Shown piece after piece: positions 11,701 to 26,500 of a stretch of 64,000 nt of DNA. A model generated the notes under the pieces. The model searched no databases. It was not told the DNA's origin and was given only the letters and a program-made list of their open reading frames with translations. The stretch's first letter is position 1; each line of letters opens with the position of its first letter. The position numbers and the translations under genes were made by a program. Source of the DNA: the human T2T-CHM13v2.0 reference genome, Homo sapiens. Where the stretch lies: assembly GCF_009914755.1 (NCBI RefSeq), contig NC_060933.1; one strand, given 5' to 3'.

Positions 11701-14545
11701 AGGGAATTCAATAGAATCAATCCGAATGTAATGGAATGGAATGGAACGGAATGGAATGGAATGGAATGGAATGCAATGGAATGGAATCAACCCGAGTGCA
11801 ATCGAATGGAATCGAATTGAATGGAATGCAATGGAATGGATTCAACTTGAATGGAATGGAAAGAATGGAATCAACACGAGCGGAATGGCATGGATTGCAA
11901 TGGAATGGAATGGAATCAACCCGAGTACAGGGGAATGGAATGGAATGGAATGCAATAGAATGGAATCATCAGTAATGGAATGGAAAGGAATGGAATGGAA
12001 TGGAATTGAATAGAATGAAATCGATTGCAATCGAATGGAATGGAATGGAATTAAACCGAATAGAATGGAATGGAATGGAATGGAATGGAACGGAACGGAA
12101 CGGAATGGAATGGAATGGAATGGAATGGAATGGAATGGAATGGAATGGAATCAACGTGTGTGCAGGGGAATGGAATGGAATGGAATGCAATGGAATGGAA
12201 TCTTCCAGAATGGAATGGAATGGAATTAAATGGAATGGAATGGAATGCAATGGATTCAACTCGATTGCAATGGAATGGAATAGAATGGAATGAATGGAAT
12301 GGAATTAACCCTAATAGAATGGAATGGAATGGAATGGAATGGAATTAACCCTAATAGAATGGAATGGAATGGAATGGAACGGAATGGAACGGAACGGAAT
12401 GGAATGGAATGGAATGGAATGGAGTGGAATGGTATGGAATGGAATGGAATGGTACGGAATAGAATGGAATGGAACGAATTGGAATGGAATGGAATGGAAC
12501 GGAATGGAATGGAATGGAATGGAGTGGAATGGAATCAACCCGAGTGCAATTGAATGGAATCGAATGGAATGGAATGCAATGGAATGGATTCAACTTGAAT
12601 GGAAAGGAAAGAATGGAATCAACACGAGTGGAATGACATGGATTGGAATGGAATGGAATGGAATCAACCTGAGTACAGGGGAATGGAATGGAATGGAATG
12701 CAATGGAATGGAATCATCCGTAATGGAATGGAAACGAATGGAATGGAATGGAATGGAATGGAATGGAATGGAATGGAATCAACTCGATTGCAATCGAACG
12801 GAATGGAATGGAATTAACCCGAATAGAATGGAATGGAATGGAATGGAACGGAACGGAATGGAATGGAATGGAATGGAATGGAATGGAAAGGAATGGAATG
12901 GAATGGAATGGAATGGAATGGAATGGAATCAACGCGAGTGCAGGGGAATGGAATGGAATCGAATGGAATGGAATGGATTGGAATGGAATCAACCCGAGTG
13001 CAGGGGAATGTAATGCAACAGAATGCAATGGAATGGAATCATCCGGAATGGAATGGAATGGAATGGAATGGAATCAACCCGAGTGCAATGGAATGGAGTG
13101 GAATGGAATGGAATGGACTGGAACAACCCGAATGGAATGGAATGTAATGGAGAGTAAGGGAGTTGAAAAGAATCAATCCGAATGTAATGGAATGGAATGG
13201 AACGGAATGGAATGGAATGGAATGGAATGGAATAGAATGGAATGGAATGCAATGGAATGCAATCAAACCGAGTACAATGGAATGGAATGGAATGGAATGG
13301 AATGGAATGGAATGGAATGGAATGGAATGCAATGGAATGGAATCTTCCGGAATGGAATGGAATGGAATGGAATGGAATGGAATGGAATGGAATGCAATGG
13401 ATTCAACTCGATTGCAATGGAATGGAATAGAATGGAATGGAATGGAATGGAATGGAATGGAATTAAACCGAATAGAATGGAATGGAATGGAATGGAACGG
13501 AACGGAACGGAACGGAGTGGAATGGAATGGAATGGAATTGTATGGAATGGAATGGAATGGTACGGAATAGAATGGAATGGAAAGAATTGGAATGGAATGG
13601 AATGGAATGGAATGGAATGGAATGGAATGAAATGGAATCAACCCGAGTGCAGGGGAATGTAATGGAACGGAATGCAATGGAATGGAATCATCCGGAATGG
13701 AATGCAATGGAATGCAATGCAATGGAATGGAATGGAATGGAATCAACCCGAGTGCAATGGAATGGAGTGGAGTGGAATGGAATGGAATGGAACAACCGAA
13801 TGGAATGGAGTGTAATGGAGAGTAAGGGAGTTGAATAGAATCAATCCGAATGTAATGGAATGGAACGGAATGGAATGGAATGGAATGGAATGGAATGGAA
13901 TGGAATGGAATGGAATGCAATGGAATGGAATCAACCCGAGTACAATGTAATGTAATGTAATGTAATGTAATGGAATGGAATGTAATGGAATGCAATGGAA
14001 TGGAATGGAATGGAATCAACCCGAGTGCAATGGAATGGAGAGGAAAGGAATGGAATGGAATGGAAACTACCCGAATGGAATGGAATGTAATGGAGTGTAA
14101 GGGAATTGAATAGAATCAATCCGAATGGAATGGAATGGAATGGAACGGAATGTAATGGAATGGAATGGAATGGAATCAACGCGAGTGCAGGGGAATGGAA
14201 TGGAATGGAATGCAATGGAATGGAATCATCCGGAATGGAATGGAATGGAATGCAATGGAATGGAATTGAATGGAATCAACCCGAGTGCAATGGAATGGAG
14301 TGAAATGGAATGGAATGGAATGGAAACAACCAGAATGGATTGGAATATAATGGAGTGTAAGGGAATTGAATAGAATCAATCTGAATGTAATGAAATGGAA
14401 TGGAACGGAATGGAATGGAATGGAATGGAATGGAATGGAATGGAATGCAATGGAATGGAATCAACCCGAGTGAAATCGAATGGAATAGAATGGAATGGAA
14501 TGCAATGGAATGGATTCAACTTGAATGGAATGGAAAGAATGGAAT

Positions 14546-17500
14546 CAACACGAGTGGAATGGCATGGATTGGAATGGAATGGAATGGAATCAACCCGAGT
14601 ACAGGGGAATGGAATGGAATGGAATGCAATGGAATGGAATCATCCGTAATGGAATGGAAAGGAATGGAATGGAATGGAATGGAATGGAATGCAATGGAAT
14701 TGAATGGAATCAACTCGATTGCAATCGAATGGAATGGAATGGAATTAACCCGAATAAAATGGAATGGAATGGAATGGAACGGAACGGAATGGAATGGAAT
14801 GGAATGGAATGGAACGGAAAGGAAGGGAATGGAATGGAATAGAAGGGAATGGAATGGAATCAACGCTAGTGCAGGGGAATGGAATGGAATGGAATGCAAT
14901 GGAATGGAATCTTCCGGAATGGAATGGAATGGAATGGAATGGAATGGAATAAACCCGAGTGCAATGGAATGGAGTGGAATGGAATGGAATGGAATGGAAC
15001 AACCCGAATGGAATGGAATGTAATGGAGAGTAAGGGAGTTGAATAGAATCAATCCGAATGCAATGGAATGGAATGGAACGGAATGGAATTGAATGGAATG
15101 GAATGGAATGCAATGGAATGGAATCAACCCGAGTGCAATGGAATGGAGAGGAATGGAATGGAATTGAGTGGAAACTACCCGAATGGAATGGAATGTAATG
15201 GAGTGTAAGGGAATTGAATAGAATCAATCCGAATGTAATGGAATGGAATGGAGCGGAATGGAATGGAATGGAACGAAATGGAATGGAATGAAATGCAATG
15301 GAATGGAATCAACCCGAGTGCAATCGAATGGAATCGAATGGAATGGAATGCAATGGAATGGATTCAACTTGAATGGAATGGAAAGAATGGAATCAACACG
15401 AGTGGAATGGCATGGATTGGAATGGAATGGAATGGAATCAACCCGAGTACAGGGGAATGGAATGGAATGGAATGCAATGGAATGGAATCATCCGTAATGG
15501 AATGGAAAGGAATGGAATGGAATGGAATGGAATGGAATGGAATGGAATGGAATGGAATCAACTCGATTACAATCGAATGGAATGGAATGGAATTAATCCG
15601 AATACAATGGAATGGAATGGAATGGAACGGAACGGAATGGAATGGAATGGAATGGAATGGAACGGAACGGAATGGAATGGAATGGAATGGAATGGAATGG
15701 AATGGAATCAACGCGAGTGAAGGGGAATGGAATGGAATGGAATGCAATGGAATGGAATCTTCCGGAATGGAATGGAATGGAATGGAATGGAATGAAATGC
15801 AATGGATTCAACTCGATTGCAATGGAATGGAATAGAATGGAATGGAATGGAATGGAATGGAATTAATCCGAATAGAAAGGAATGGAATGGAATGGAACGG
15901 AATGGAACGGAATGGAATGGAATGGAAAGGAATGGTATGGAATGGAATGGAATTTTATGGAATAGAATGGAATGGAACGAATTGTAATGGAATGGAATTG
16001 AATGGAATGGAATGGAATGGAATGGAATCAACGCGAGTGCATGGGAATGTAATGGAACGGAATGCAATGGAATGGAATCATCCGGAATAGAATGGAATGG
16101 AATGGAATCAACATGAGTGCAATGGAATGGAGTGGAATGTAATGGAATGGAATGGAACAACCCGAATGGAATGGAATGTAATGGAAAGTAAGGGAGTTGA
16201 ATAGAATCAATCCGAATGTAATGGAATGGAATGCAACGGAATGGAATGGAATGAAATGGAATGGAATGCCATGGAAAGGAATCAACCCGAGTACAATGGA
16301 ATGGAATGGAATGGAATGGAATGGAATGGAAAGATACGGAATAGATTGGAATGCAACGAAATGGAATGGAATGGAATGGAATGGAATGGAATGGAATGGA
16401 ATGGAATGGAATCGTTCCGAGTGGAATAGGAGGGAATGTATTCGAGTGGAATGGAAAGGAATGGAATCAACCAGAGTGCAATGGAAGGGAATGGAATGGA
16501 ATGCAAACTAATAGAATGGAATCAACCCGAGTGGAATGGAATGGAAAGGACTGGAATGGAATGGAATGTAATGGAATCAACTCGATTGTAATGGAATGGA
16601 ATGGAATGGAATGGAATGGAATGGAATGGAATGGAATTAACCCGAATACAATGGAATGGAATGGAATGGAACGGAATGGAGTGGAATGGAATGGAATCAA
16701 CCCGAGTGCAGGGGAATGGAATGGAATTGAATGCATTGGAATGGAATCATCCGGAATGGAATGGAATGGAATGGAATGCAAAGCAATGGAATCAACTCGA
16801 TTGCAATGGAATGGAATGGAATGGAAAGGAATACATTGGAATCAACCCGAGTGGAATGGAATGGAAAGGACTGGAATGGAGTGGAATGGAATGGAATGGA
16901 ATGGAATCAACTCGATTGGAATGGAATGGAATGGAATGGAATTAAACCGAATAGAATGGAATGGAATGGAATGGAATGGAACGGAACGGAATGGAATGGA
17001 ATGGAATGGAATAGAATGGAATCAACCCGACTGCAGGGGAATGGAATGGAATAGAATGGAATGGAATGGAATGGAATCATCCGGAACGGAATGGAATGGA
17101 ATGGAATGGAATCAACTCGATTGCAATGGAATGGAATGGAATGGAATGGAATCGAATGGAATGGAATGGAATTAACCGGAATAGAATGGAATGGAATGGA
17201 ATGGAACGGAATGGAATGGAATGGAATGCAATGGAATGGAATCAACCCGAGTGCAGGGGAATGGAATGGAATGGAATGCAATGGAATGGAATCATCCGTA
17301 ATGGAATGGAAAGGAATGGAATGGAATGGAATGGAATGGAATGGAATGGAATCAACGCGAGTGCAGGGGAATGGAATGGAATGGAATGGAATGCAATGGA
17401 ATGGAATGTTCCGGAATGGAATGGAATGGAATGGAATGGAATGGAATGGAATGGAATGGAATCAACCCGAGTGCAATGGAATGGAGTGGAATGGAATGGA

Positions 17501-20500
17501 ATGGAATGGAACAACCCGAATGGAATGGAATGTAATGGAGAGTAAGGGAGTTGAATAGAATCAATCCGAATGTAATGGAATGGAATGGAACGGAATGGAA
17601 TTGAATGGAATGGAATGGAATGCAATGGAATGGAATCAACCCGAGTGCAATGGAATGGAGAGGAATGGAATGGAATGGAATGGAAACTACCCGAATGGAA
17701 TGGAATGTAATGGAGTGTAAGGGAATTGAATAGAATCAATCGGAATGTAATGGACTGGAATGGAACGGAATGTAATGGAATGGAATGGAATGGAATGGAA
17801 TGCAATGGAATGGAATCAACCCGAGTGCAGTCGAATGGAATCGAATGGAATGGAATGCAATGGAATGGATTCAACTTGAATGGAATGGAAAGAATGGCAT
17901 CAACACGAGTGGAATGGCATGGATTGGAATGGAATGGAATGGAATCAACCCGAGTACAGGGGAATGGAATGGAATGGAATGCAATGGAATGGAATCATCC
18001 GTAATGGAATGGAAAGGAATGGAATGGAATGGAAAGGAATGGAATGGAATGGTATGGAATGGAATGGAATGGTACGGAATAGAATGGAATGGAACGAATT
18101 GTAATAGAATGGAATTGAATGGAATGGAATGGAATCAACGTGAGTGCAGGGGAATGTAATGGAACGGAATGCAATGGAATGGAATCATCCGGAATGGAAT
18201 GGAATGGAATGGAATGGAATGGAATGGAATAAACCCGAGTGCAATGGAATGGAGTGGAATGGAAACAACCAGAATGGATTGGAATCTAATGGAGTGTAAG
18301 GTAATTGAATAGAATCAATCTGAATGTAATGAAATGGAATGGAACCGAATGGAATGGAATGGAATGGAATGGAATGGAATGCAATGGAATGGAATCAACC
18401 CTAGTACAATGGAATGGAATGGAATGGAATGGAATGGCATGGAATGGAATGCAATGGAATGGAATCTTCCGGAATGGAATGGAATGGAATGGAATGGAAT
18501 GGAATGCAATGGATTCAACTCGATTGCAATGGAATGGGATAGAATGGAATGGAATGGAAAGGAATGGAATTAAACCGAATAGAATGGAATGGAATGGAAT
18601 GGAACGGAACGGAACGGAACGGAACGGAGTGGAATGGAATGGAATGGAATTGTATGGAATGGAATGGAATGGTACGGAATAGAATGGAATGGAAAGAATT
18701 GGAATAGAATGGAATCGAATCGAATGGAATGGAATGGAATGGAATCAACACGAGTGCAGGGGAATGTAATGGAACGGAATGCAATGGAATGGAATCATCC
18801 GAAATGGAATGGAATGGAATGGAATGGAATGGAATGGAATGGAATCAACCCGAGTGCAATGGAATGGAGTGAAATGGAATGGAATGGAATGGAACAACCC
18901 GAATGGAATGGAATGTAATGGAGAGTAAGGGAGTTGAATAGAATCAATCCGAATGTAATGGAATGGAACGGAATGGAATTGAATGGAATGGAATGGAATG
19001 CAATGGAATGGAATCAACCCGAGTGCAATGGAATGGAGAGGAATGGAATGGAATGGAATGGAAACTACCCGAATGGAATGGAATGTAATGGAGTGTAAGG
19101 GAATTGAATAGAATCAATCCGAATGTAATATAATGGAATGGAATGGAATGCAATGGAATGGAATGGAATGGAATGGAATGGAATTAACCCGAGTGCAATC
19201 GAATGGAATCGAATGGAATGGAATGCAATGGAATGGATTCAACTTGAATGGAATGGAAAGAATGGAATCAACACGAGTGGAATGGCATGGATTGGAATGG
19301 AATGGAATGGAATCAACCCGAGTACAGGGGAATGGAATGGAATGGAATGCAATGGAATGGAATCATCCGTAATGGAATGGAAAGGAATGGAATGGAATGG
19401 AATGGAATGGAATGGAATGGAATGGAATGGAATGGAATCAACTCGATTGCAATCGAATGGAATGGAATGGAATTAACCCGAATAAAATGGAATGGAATGG
19501 AATGGAACGGAACGGAATGGAATGGAATGGAATGGAATGGAACGGAAAGGAAGGGAATGGAATGGAATAGAAGGGAATGGAATGGAATCAACGCTAGTGC
19601 AGGGGAATGGAATGGAATGGAATGCAATGGAATGGAATCTTCCGGAATGGAATGGAATGGAATGGAATGGAATGGAATAAACCCGAGTGCAATGGAATGG
19701 AGTGGAATGGAATGGAATGGAATGGAACAACCCGAATGGAATGGAATGTAATGGAGAGTAAGGGAGTTGAATAGAATCAATCCGAATGCAATGGAATGGA
19801 ATGGAACGGAATGGAATTGAATGGAATGGAATGGAATGCAATGGAATGGAATCAACCCGAGTGCAATGGAATGGAGAGGAATGGAATGGAATTGAGTGGA
19901 AACTACCCGAATGGAATGGAATGTAATGGAGTGTAAGGGAATTGAATAGAATCAATCCGAATGTAATGGAATGGAATGGAGCGGAATGGAATGGAATGGA
20001 ACGAAATGGAATGGAATGAAATGCAATGGAATGGAATCAACCCGAGTGCAATCGAATGGAATCGAATGGAATGGAATGCAATGGAATGGATTCAACTTGA
20101 ATGGAATGGAAAGAATGGAATCAACACGAGTGGAATGGCATGGATTGGAATGGAATGGAATGGAATCAACCCGAGTACAGGGGAATGGAATGGAATGGAA
20201 TGCAATGGAATGGAATCATCCGTAATGGAATGGAAAGGAATGGAATGGAATGGAATGGAATGGAATGGAATGGAATGGAATGGAATGGAATCAACTCGAT
20301 TACAATCGAATGGAATGGAATGGAATTAATCCGAATACAATGGAATGGAATGGAATGGAACGGAACGGAATGGAATGGAATGGAATGGAATGGAACGGAA
20401 CGGAATGGAATGGAATGGAATGGAATGGAATGGAATGGAATCAACGCGAGTGAAGGGGAATGGAATGGAATGGAATGCAATGGAATGGAATCTTCCGGAA

Positions 20501-23500
20501 TGGAATGGAATGGAATGGAATGGAATGAAATGCAATGGATTCAACTCGATTGCAATGGAATGGAATAGAATGGAATGGAATGGAATGGAATGGAATTAAT
20601 CCGAATAGAAAGGAATGGAATGGAATGGAACGGAATGGAACGGAATGGAATGGAATGGAAAGGAATGGTATGGAATGGAATGGAATTTTATGGAATAGAA
20701 TGGAATGGAACGAATTGTAATGGAATGGAATTGAATGGAATGGAATGGAATGGAATGGAATCAACGCGAGTGCATGGGAATGTAATGGAACGGAATGCAA
20801 TGGAATGGAATCATCCGGAATAGAATGGAATGGAATGGAATAAACACGAGTGCAATGGAATGGAGTGGAATGTAATGGAATGGAATGGAACAACCCGAAT
20901 GGAATGGAATGTAATGGAGAGTAAGGGAGTTGAATAGAATCAATCCGAATGTAATGGAATGGAATGCAACGGAATGGAATGGAATGAAATGGAATGGAAT
21001 GCCATGGAAAGGAATCAACCCGAGTACAATGGAATGGAATGGAATGGAATGGAATGGAATGGAATGGAAAGATACGGAATAGATTGGAATGCAACGAAAT
21101 GGAATGGAATGGAATGGAATGGAATGGAATGGAATGGAATGGAATGGAATCGTTCCGAGTGGAATAGGAGGGAATGTATTCGAGTGGAATGGAAAGGAAT
21201 GGAATCAACCAGAGTGCAATGGAAGGGAATGGAATGGAATGCAAACTAATAGAATGGAATCAACCCGAGTGGAATGGAATGGAAAGGACTGGAATGGAAT
21301 GGAATGTAATGGAATCAACTCGATTGTAATGGAATGGAATGGAATGGAATGGAATGGAATGGAATGGAATGGAATTAACCCGAATACAATGGAATGGAAT
21401 GGAATGGAACGGAATGGAGTGGAATGGAATGGAATCAACCCGAGTGCAGGGGAATGGAATGGAATTGAATGCATTGGAATGGAATCATCCGGAATGGAAT
21501 GGAATGGAATGGAATGCAAAGCAATGGAATCAACTCGATTGCAATGGAATGGAATGGAATGGAAAGGAATACATTGGAATCAACCCGAGTGGAATGGAAT
21601 GGAAAGGACTGGAATGGAGTGGAATGGAATGGAATGGAATGGAATCAACTCGATTGGAATGGAATGGAATGGAATGGAATTAAACCGAATAGAATGGAAT
21701 GGAATGGAATGGAATGGAACGGAACGGAATGGAATGGAATGGAATGGAATGGAATGGAATCAACCCGACTGCAGGGGAATGGAATGGAATAGAATGGAAT
21801 GGAATGGAATGGAATCATCCGGAACGGAATGGAATGGAATGGAATGGAATCAACTCGATTGCAATGGAATGGAATGGAATGGAATGGAATCGAATGGAAT
21901 GGAATGGAATTAACCGGAATAGAATGGAATGGAATGGAATGGAACGGAATGGAATGGAATGGAATGCAATGGAATGGAATCAACCCGAGTGCAGGGGAAT
22001 GGAATGGAATGGAATGCAATGGAATGGAATCATCCGTAATGGAATGGAAAGGAATGGAATGGAATGGAATGGAATGGAATGGAATGGAATCAACGCGAGT
22101 GCAGGGGAATGGAATGGAATGGAATGGAATGTAATGGAATGGAATGTTCCGGAATGGAATGGAATGGAATGGAATGGAATGGAATGGAATGGAATGGAAT
22201 CAACCCGAGTGCAATGGAATGGAGTGGAATGGAATGGAATGGAATGGAACAACCCGAATGGAATGGAATGTAATGGAGAGTAAGGGAGTTGAATAGAATC
22301 AATCCGAATGTAATGGAATGGAATGGAACGGAATGGAATTGAATGGAATGGAATGGAATGCAATGGAATGGAATCAACCCGAGTGCAATGGAATGGAGAG
22401 GAATGGAATGGAATGGAATGGAAACTACCCGAATGGAATGGAATGTAATGGAGTGTAAGGGAATTGAATAGAATCAATCGGAATGTAATGGACTGGAATG
22501 GAACGGAATGTAATGGAATGGAATGGAATGGAATGGAATGCAATGGAATGGAATCAACCCGAGTGCAGTCGAATGGAATCGAATGGAATGGAATGCAATG
22601 GAATGGATTCAACTTGAATGGAATGGAAAGAATGGCATCAACACGAGTGGAATGGCATGGATTGGAATGGAATGGAATGGAATCAACCCGAGTACAGGGG
22701 AATGGAATGGAATGGAATGCAATGGAATGGAATCATCCGTAATGGAATGGAAAGGAATGGAATGGAATGGAAAGGAATGGAATGGAATGGTATGGAATGG
22801 AATGGAATGGTACGGAATAGAATGGAATGGAACGAATTGTAATAGAATGGAATTGAATGGAATGGAATGGAATCAACGTGAGTGCAGGGGAATGTAATGG
22901 AACGGAATGCAATGGAATGGAATCATCCGGAATGGAATGGAATGGAATGGAATGGAATGGAATGGAATAAACCCGAGTGCAATGGAATGGAGTGGAATGG
23001 AAACAACCAGAATGGATTGGAATCTAATGGAGTGTAAGGTAATTGAATAGAATCAATCTGAATGTAATGAAATGGAATGGAACCGAATGGAATGGAATGG
23101 AATGGAATGGAATGGAATGCAATGGAATGGAATCAACCCTAGTACAATGGAATGGAATGGAATGGAATGGAATGGCATGGAATGGAATGCAATGGAATGG
23201 AATCTTCCGGAATGGAATGGAATGGAATGGAATGGAATGGAATGCAATGGATTCAACTCGATTGCAATGGAATGGGATAGAATGGAATGGAATGGAAAGG
23301 AATGGAATTAAACCGAATAGAATGGAATGGAATGGAATGGAACGGAACGGAACGGAACGGAACGGAGTGGAATGGAATGGAATGGAATTGTATGGAATGG
23401 AATGGAATGGTACGGAATAGAATGGAATGGAAAGAATTGGAATAGAATGGAATCGAATCGAATGGAATGGAATGGAATGGAATCAACACGAGTGCAGGGG

Positions 23501-26500
23501 AATGTAATGGAACGGAATGCAATGGAATGGAATCATCCGAAATGGAATGGAATGGAATGGAATGGAATGGAATGGAATGGAATCAACCCGAGTGCAATGG
23601 AATGGAGTGAAATGGAATGGAATGGAATGGAACAACCCGAATGGAATGGAATGTAATGGAGAGTAAGGGAGTTGAATAGAATCAATCCGAATGTAATGGA
23701 ATGGAACGGAATGGAATTGAATGGAATGGAATGGAATGCAATGGAATGGAATCAACCCGAGTGCAATGGAATGGAGAGGAATGGAATGGAATGGAATGGA
23801 AACTACCCGAATGGAATGGAATGTAATGGAGTGTAAGGGAATTGAATAGAATCAATCCGAATGTAATATAATGGAATGGAATGGAATGCAATGGAATGGA
23901 ATGGAATGGAATGGAATGGAATTAACCCGAGTGCAATCGAATGGAATCGAATGGAATGGAATGCAATGGAATGGATTCAACTTGAATGGAATGGAAAGAA
24001 TGGAATCAACACGAGTGGAATGGCATGGATTGGAATGGAATGGAATGGAATCAACCCGAGTACAGGGGAATGGAATGGAATGGAATGCAATGGAATGGAA
24101 TCATCCGTAATGGAATGGAAAGGAATGGAATGGAATGGAATGGAATGGAATGGAATGGAATGGAATGGAATCAACTCGATTGCAATCGAATGGAATGGAA
24201 TGGAATTAACCCGAATAAAATGGAATGGAATGGAATGGAACGGAACGGAATGGAATGGAATGGAATGGAATGGAACGGAAAGGAAGGGAATGGAATGGAA
24301 TAGAAGGGAATGGAATGGAATCAACGCTAGTGCAGGGGAATGGAATGGAATGGAATGCAATGGAATGGAATCTTCCGGAATGGAATGGAATGGAATGGAA
24401 TGGAATGGAATAAACCCGAGTGCAATGGAATGGAGTGGAATGGAATGGAATGGAATGGAACAACCCGAATGGAATGGAATGTAATGGAGAGTAAGGGAGT
24501 TGAATAGAATCAATCCGAATGCAATGGAATGGAATGGAACGGAATGGAATTGAATGGAATGGAATGGAATGCAATGGAATGGAATCAACCCGAGTGCAAT
24601 GGAATGGAGAGGAATGGAATGGAATTGAGTGGAAACTACCCGAATGGAATGGAATGTAATGGAGTGTAAGGGAATTGAATAGAATCAATCCGAATGTAAT
24701 GGAATGGAATGGAGCGGAATGGAATGGAATGGAACGAAATGGAATGGAATGAAATGCAATGGAATGGAATCAACCCGAGTGCAATCGAATGGAATCGAAT
24801 GGAATGGAATGCAATGGAATGGATTCAACTTGAATGGAATGGAAAGAATGGAATCAACACGAGTGGAATGGCATGGATTGGAATGGAATGGAATGGAATC
24901 AACCCGAGTACAGGGGAATGGAATGGAATGGAATGCAATGGAATGGAATCATCCGTAATGGAATGGAAAGGAATGGAATGGAATGGAATGGAATGGAATG
25001 GAATGGAATGGAATGGAATGGAATCAACTCGATTACAATCGAATGGAATGGAATGGAATTAATCCGAATACAATGGAATGGAATGGAATGGAACGGAACG
25101 GAATGGAATGGAATGGAATGGAATGGAACGGAACGGAATGGAATGGAATGGAATGGAATGGAATGGAATGGAATCAACGCGAGTGAAGGGGAATGGAATG
25201 GAATGGAATGCAATGGAAAGGAATCTTCCGGAATGGAATGGAATGGAATGGAATGGAATGAAATGCAATGGATTCAACTCGATTGCAATGGAATGGAATA
25301 GAATGGAATGGAATGGAATGGAATGGAATTAATCCGAATAGAAAGGAATGGAATGGAATGGAACGGAATGGAACGGAATGGAATGGAATGGAAAGGAATG
25401 GTATGGAATGGAATGGAATTTTATGGAATAGAATGGAATGGAACGAATTGTAATGGAATGGAATTGAATGGAATGGAATGGAATGGAATGGAATCAACGC
25501 GAGTGCATGGGAATGTAATGGAACGGAATGCAATGGAATGGAATCATCCGGAATAGAATGGAATGGAATGGAATCAACACGAGTGCAATGGAATGGAGTG
25601 GAATGTAATGGAATGGAATGGAACAACCCGAATGGAATGGAATGTAATGGAGAGTAAGGGAGTTGAATAGAATCAATCCGAATGTAATGGAATGGAATGC
25701 AACGGAATGGAATGGAATGAAATGGAATGGAATGCCATGGAAAGGAATCAACCCGAGTACAATGGAATGGAATGGAATGGAATGGAATGGAATGGAATGG
25801 AAAGATACGGAATAGATTGGAATGCAACGAAATGGAATGGAATGGAATGGAATGGAATGGAATGGAATGGAATGGAATGGAATCGTTCCGAGTGGAATAG
25901 GAGGGAATGTATTCGAGTGGAATGGAAAGGAATGGAATCAACCAGAGTGCAATGGAAGGGAATGGAATGGAATGCAAACTAATAGAATGGAATCAACCCG
26001 AGTGGAATGGAATGGAAAGGACTGGAATGGAATGGAATGTAATGGAATCAACTCGATTGTAATGGAATGGAATGGAATGGAATGGAATGGAATGGAATGG
26101 AATGGAATTAACCCGAATACAATGGAATGGAATGGAATGGAACGGAATGGAGTGGAATGGAATGGAATCAACCCGAGTGCAGGGGAATGGAATGGAATTG
26201 AATGCATTGGAATGGAATCATCCGGAATGGAATGGAATGGAATGGAATGCAAAGCAATGGAATCAACTCGATTGCAATGGAATGGAATGGAATGGAAAGG
26301 AATACATTGGAATCAACCCGAGTGGAATGGAATGGAAAGGACTGGAATGGAGTGGAATGGAATGGAATGGAATGGAATCAACTCGATTGGAATGGAATGG
26401 AATGGAATGGAATTAAACCGAATAGAATGGAATGGAATGGAATGGAATGGAACGGAACGGAATGGAATGGAATGGAATGGAATGGAATGGAATCAACCCG

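Larger units (their letters stand above)
1..14950 (+). repeat. 5,588-bp higher-order repeat, ~2.7 nearly identical tandem copies (probably continuing left of the window)
   Basis: Identical ORF-track entries recur at +5588 (16/5604/11192; 1863/7451/13039). A unique EcoRI site GAATTC falls at 528, 6116 and 11704. Only two differences were noticed, both in copy 3 (T>C at 12799, G>T at 14701). Confidence 0.95.
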
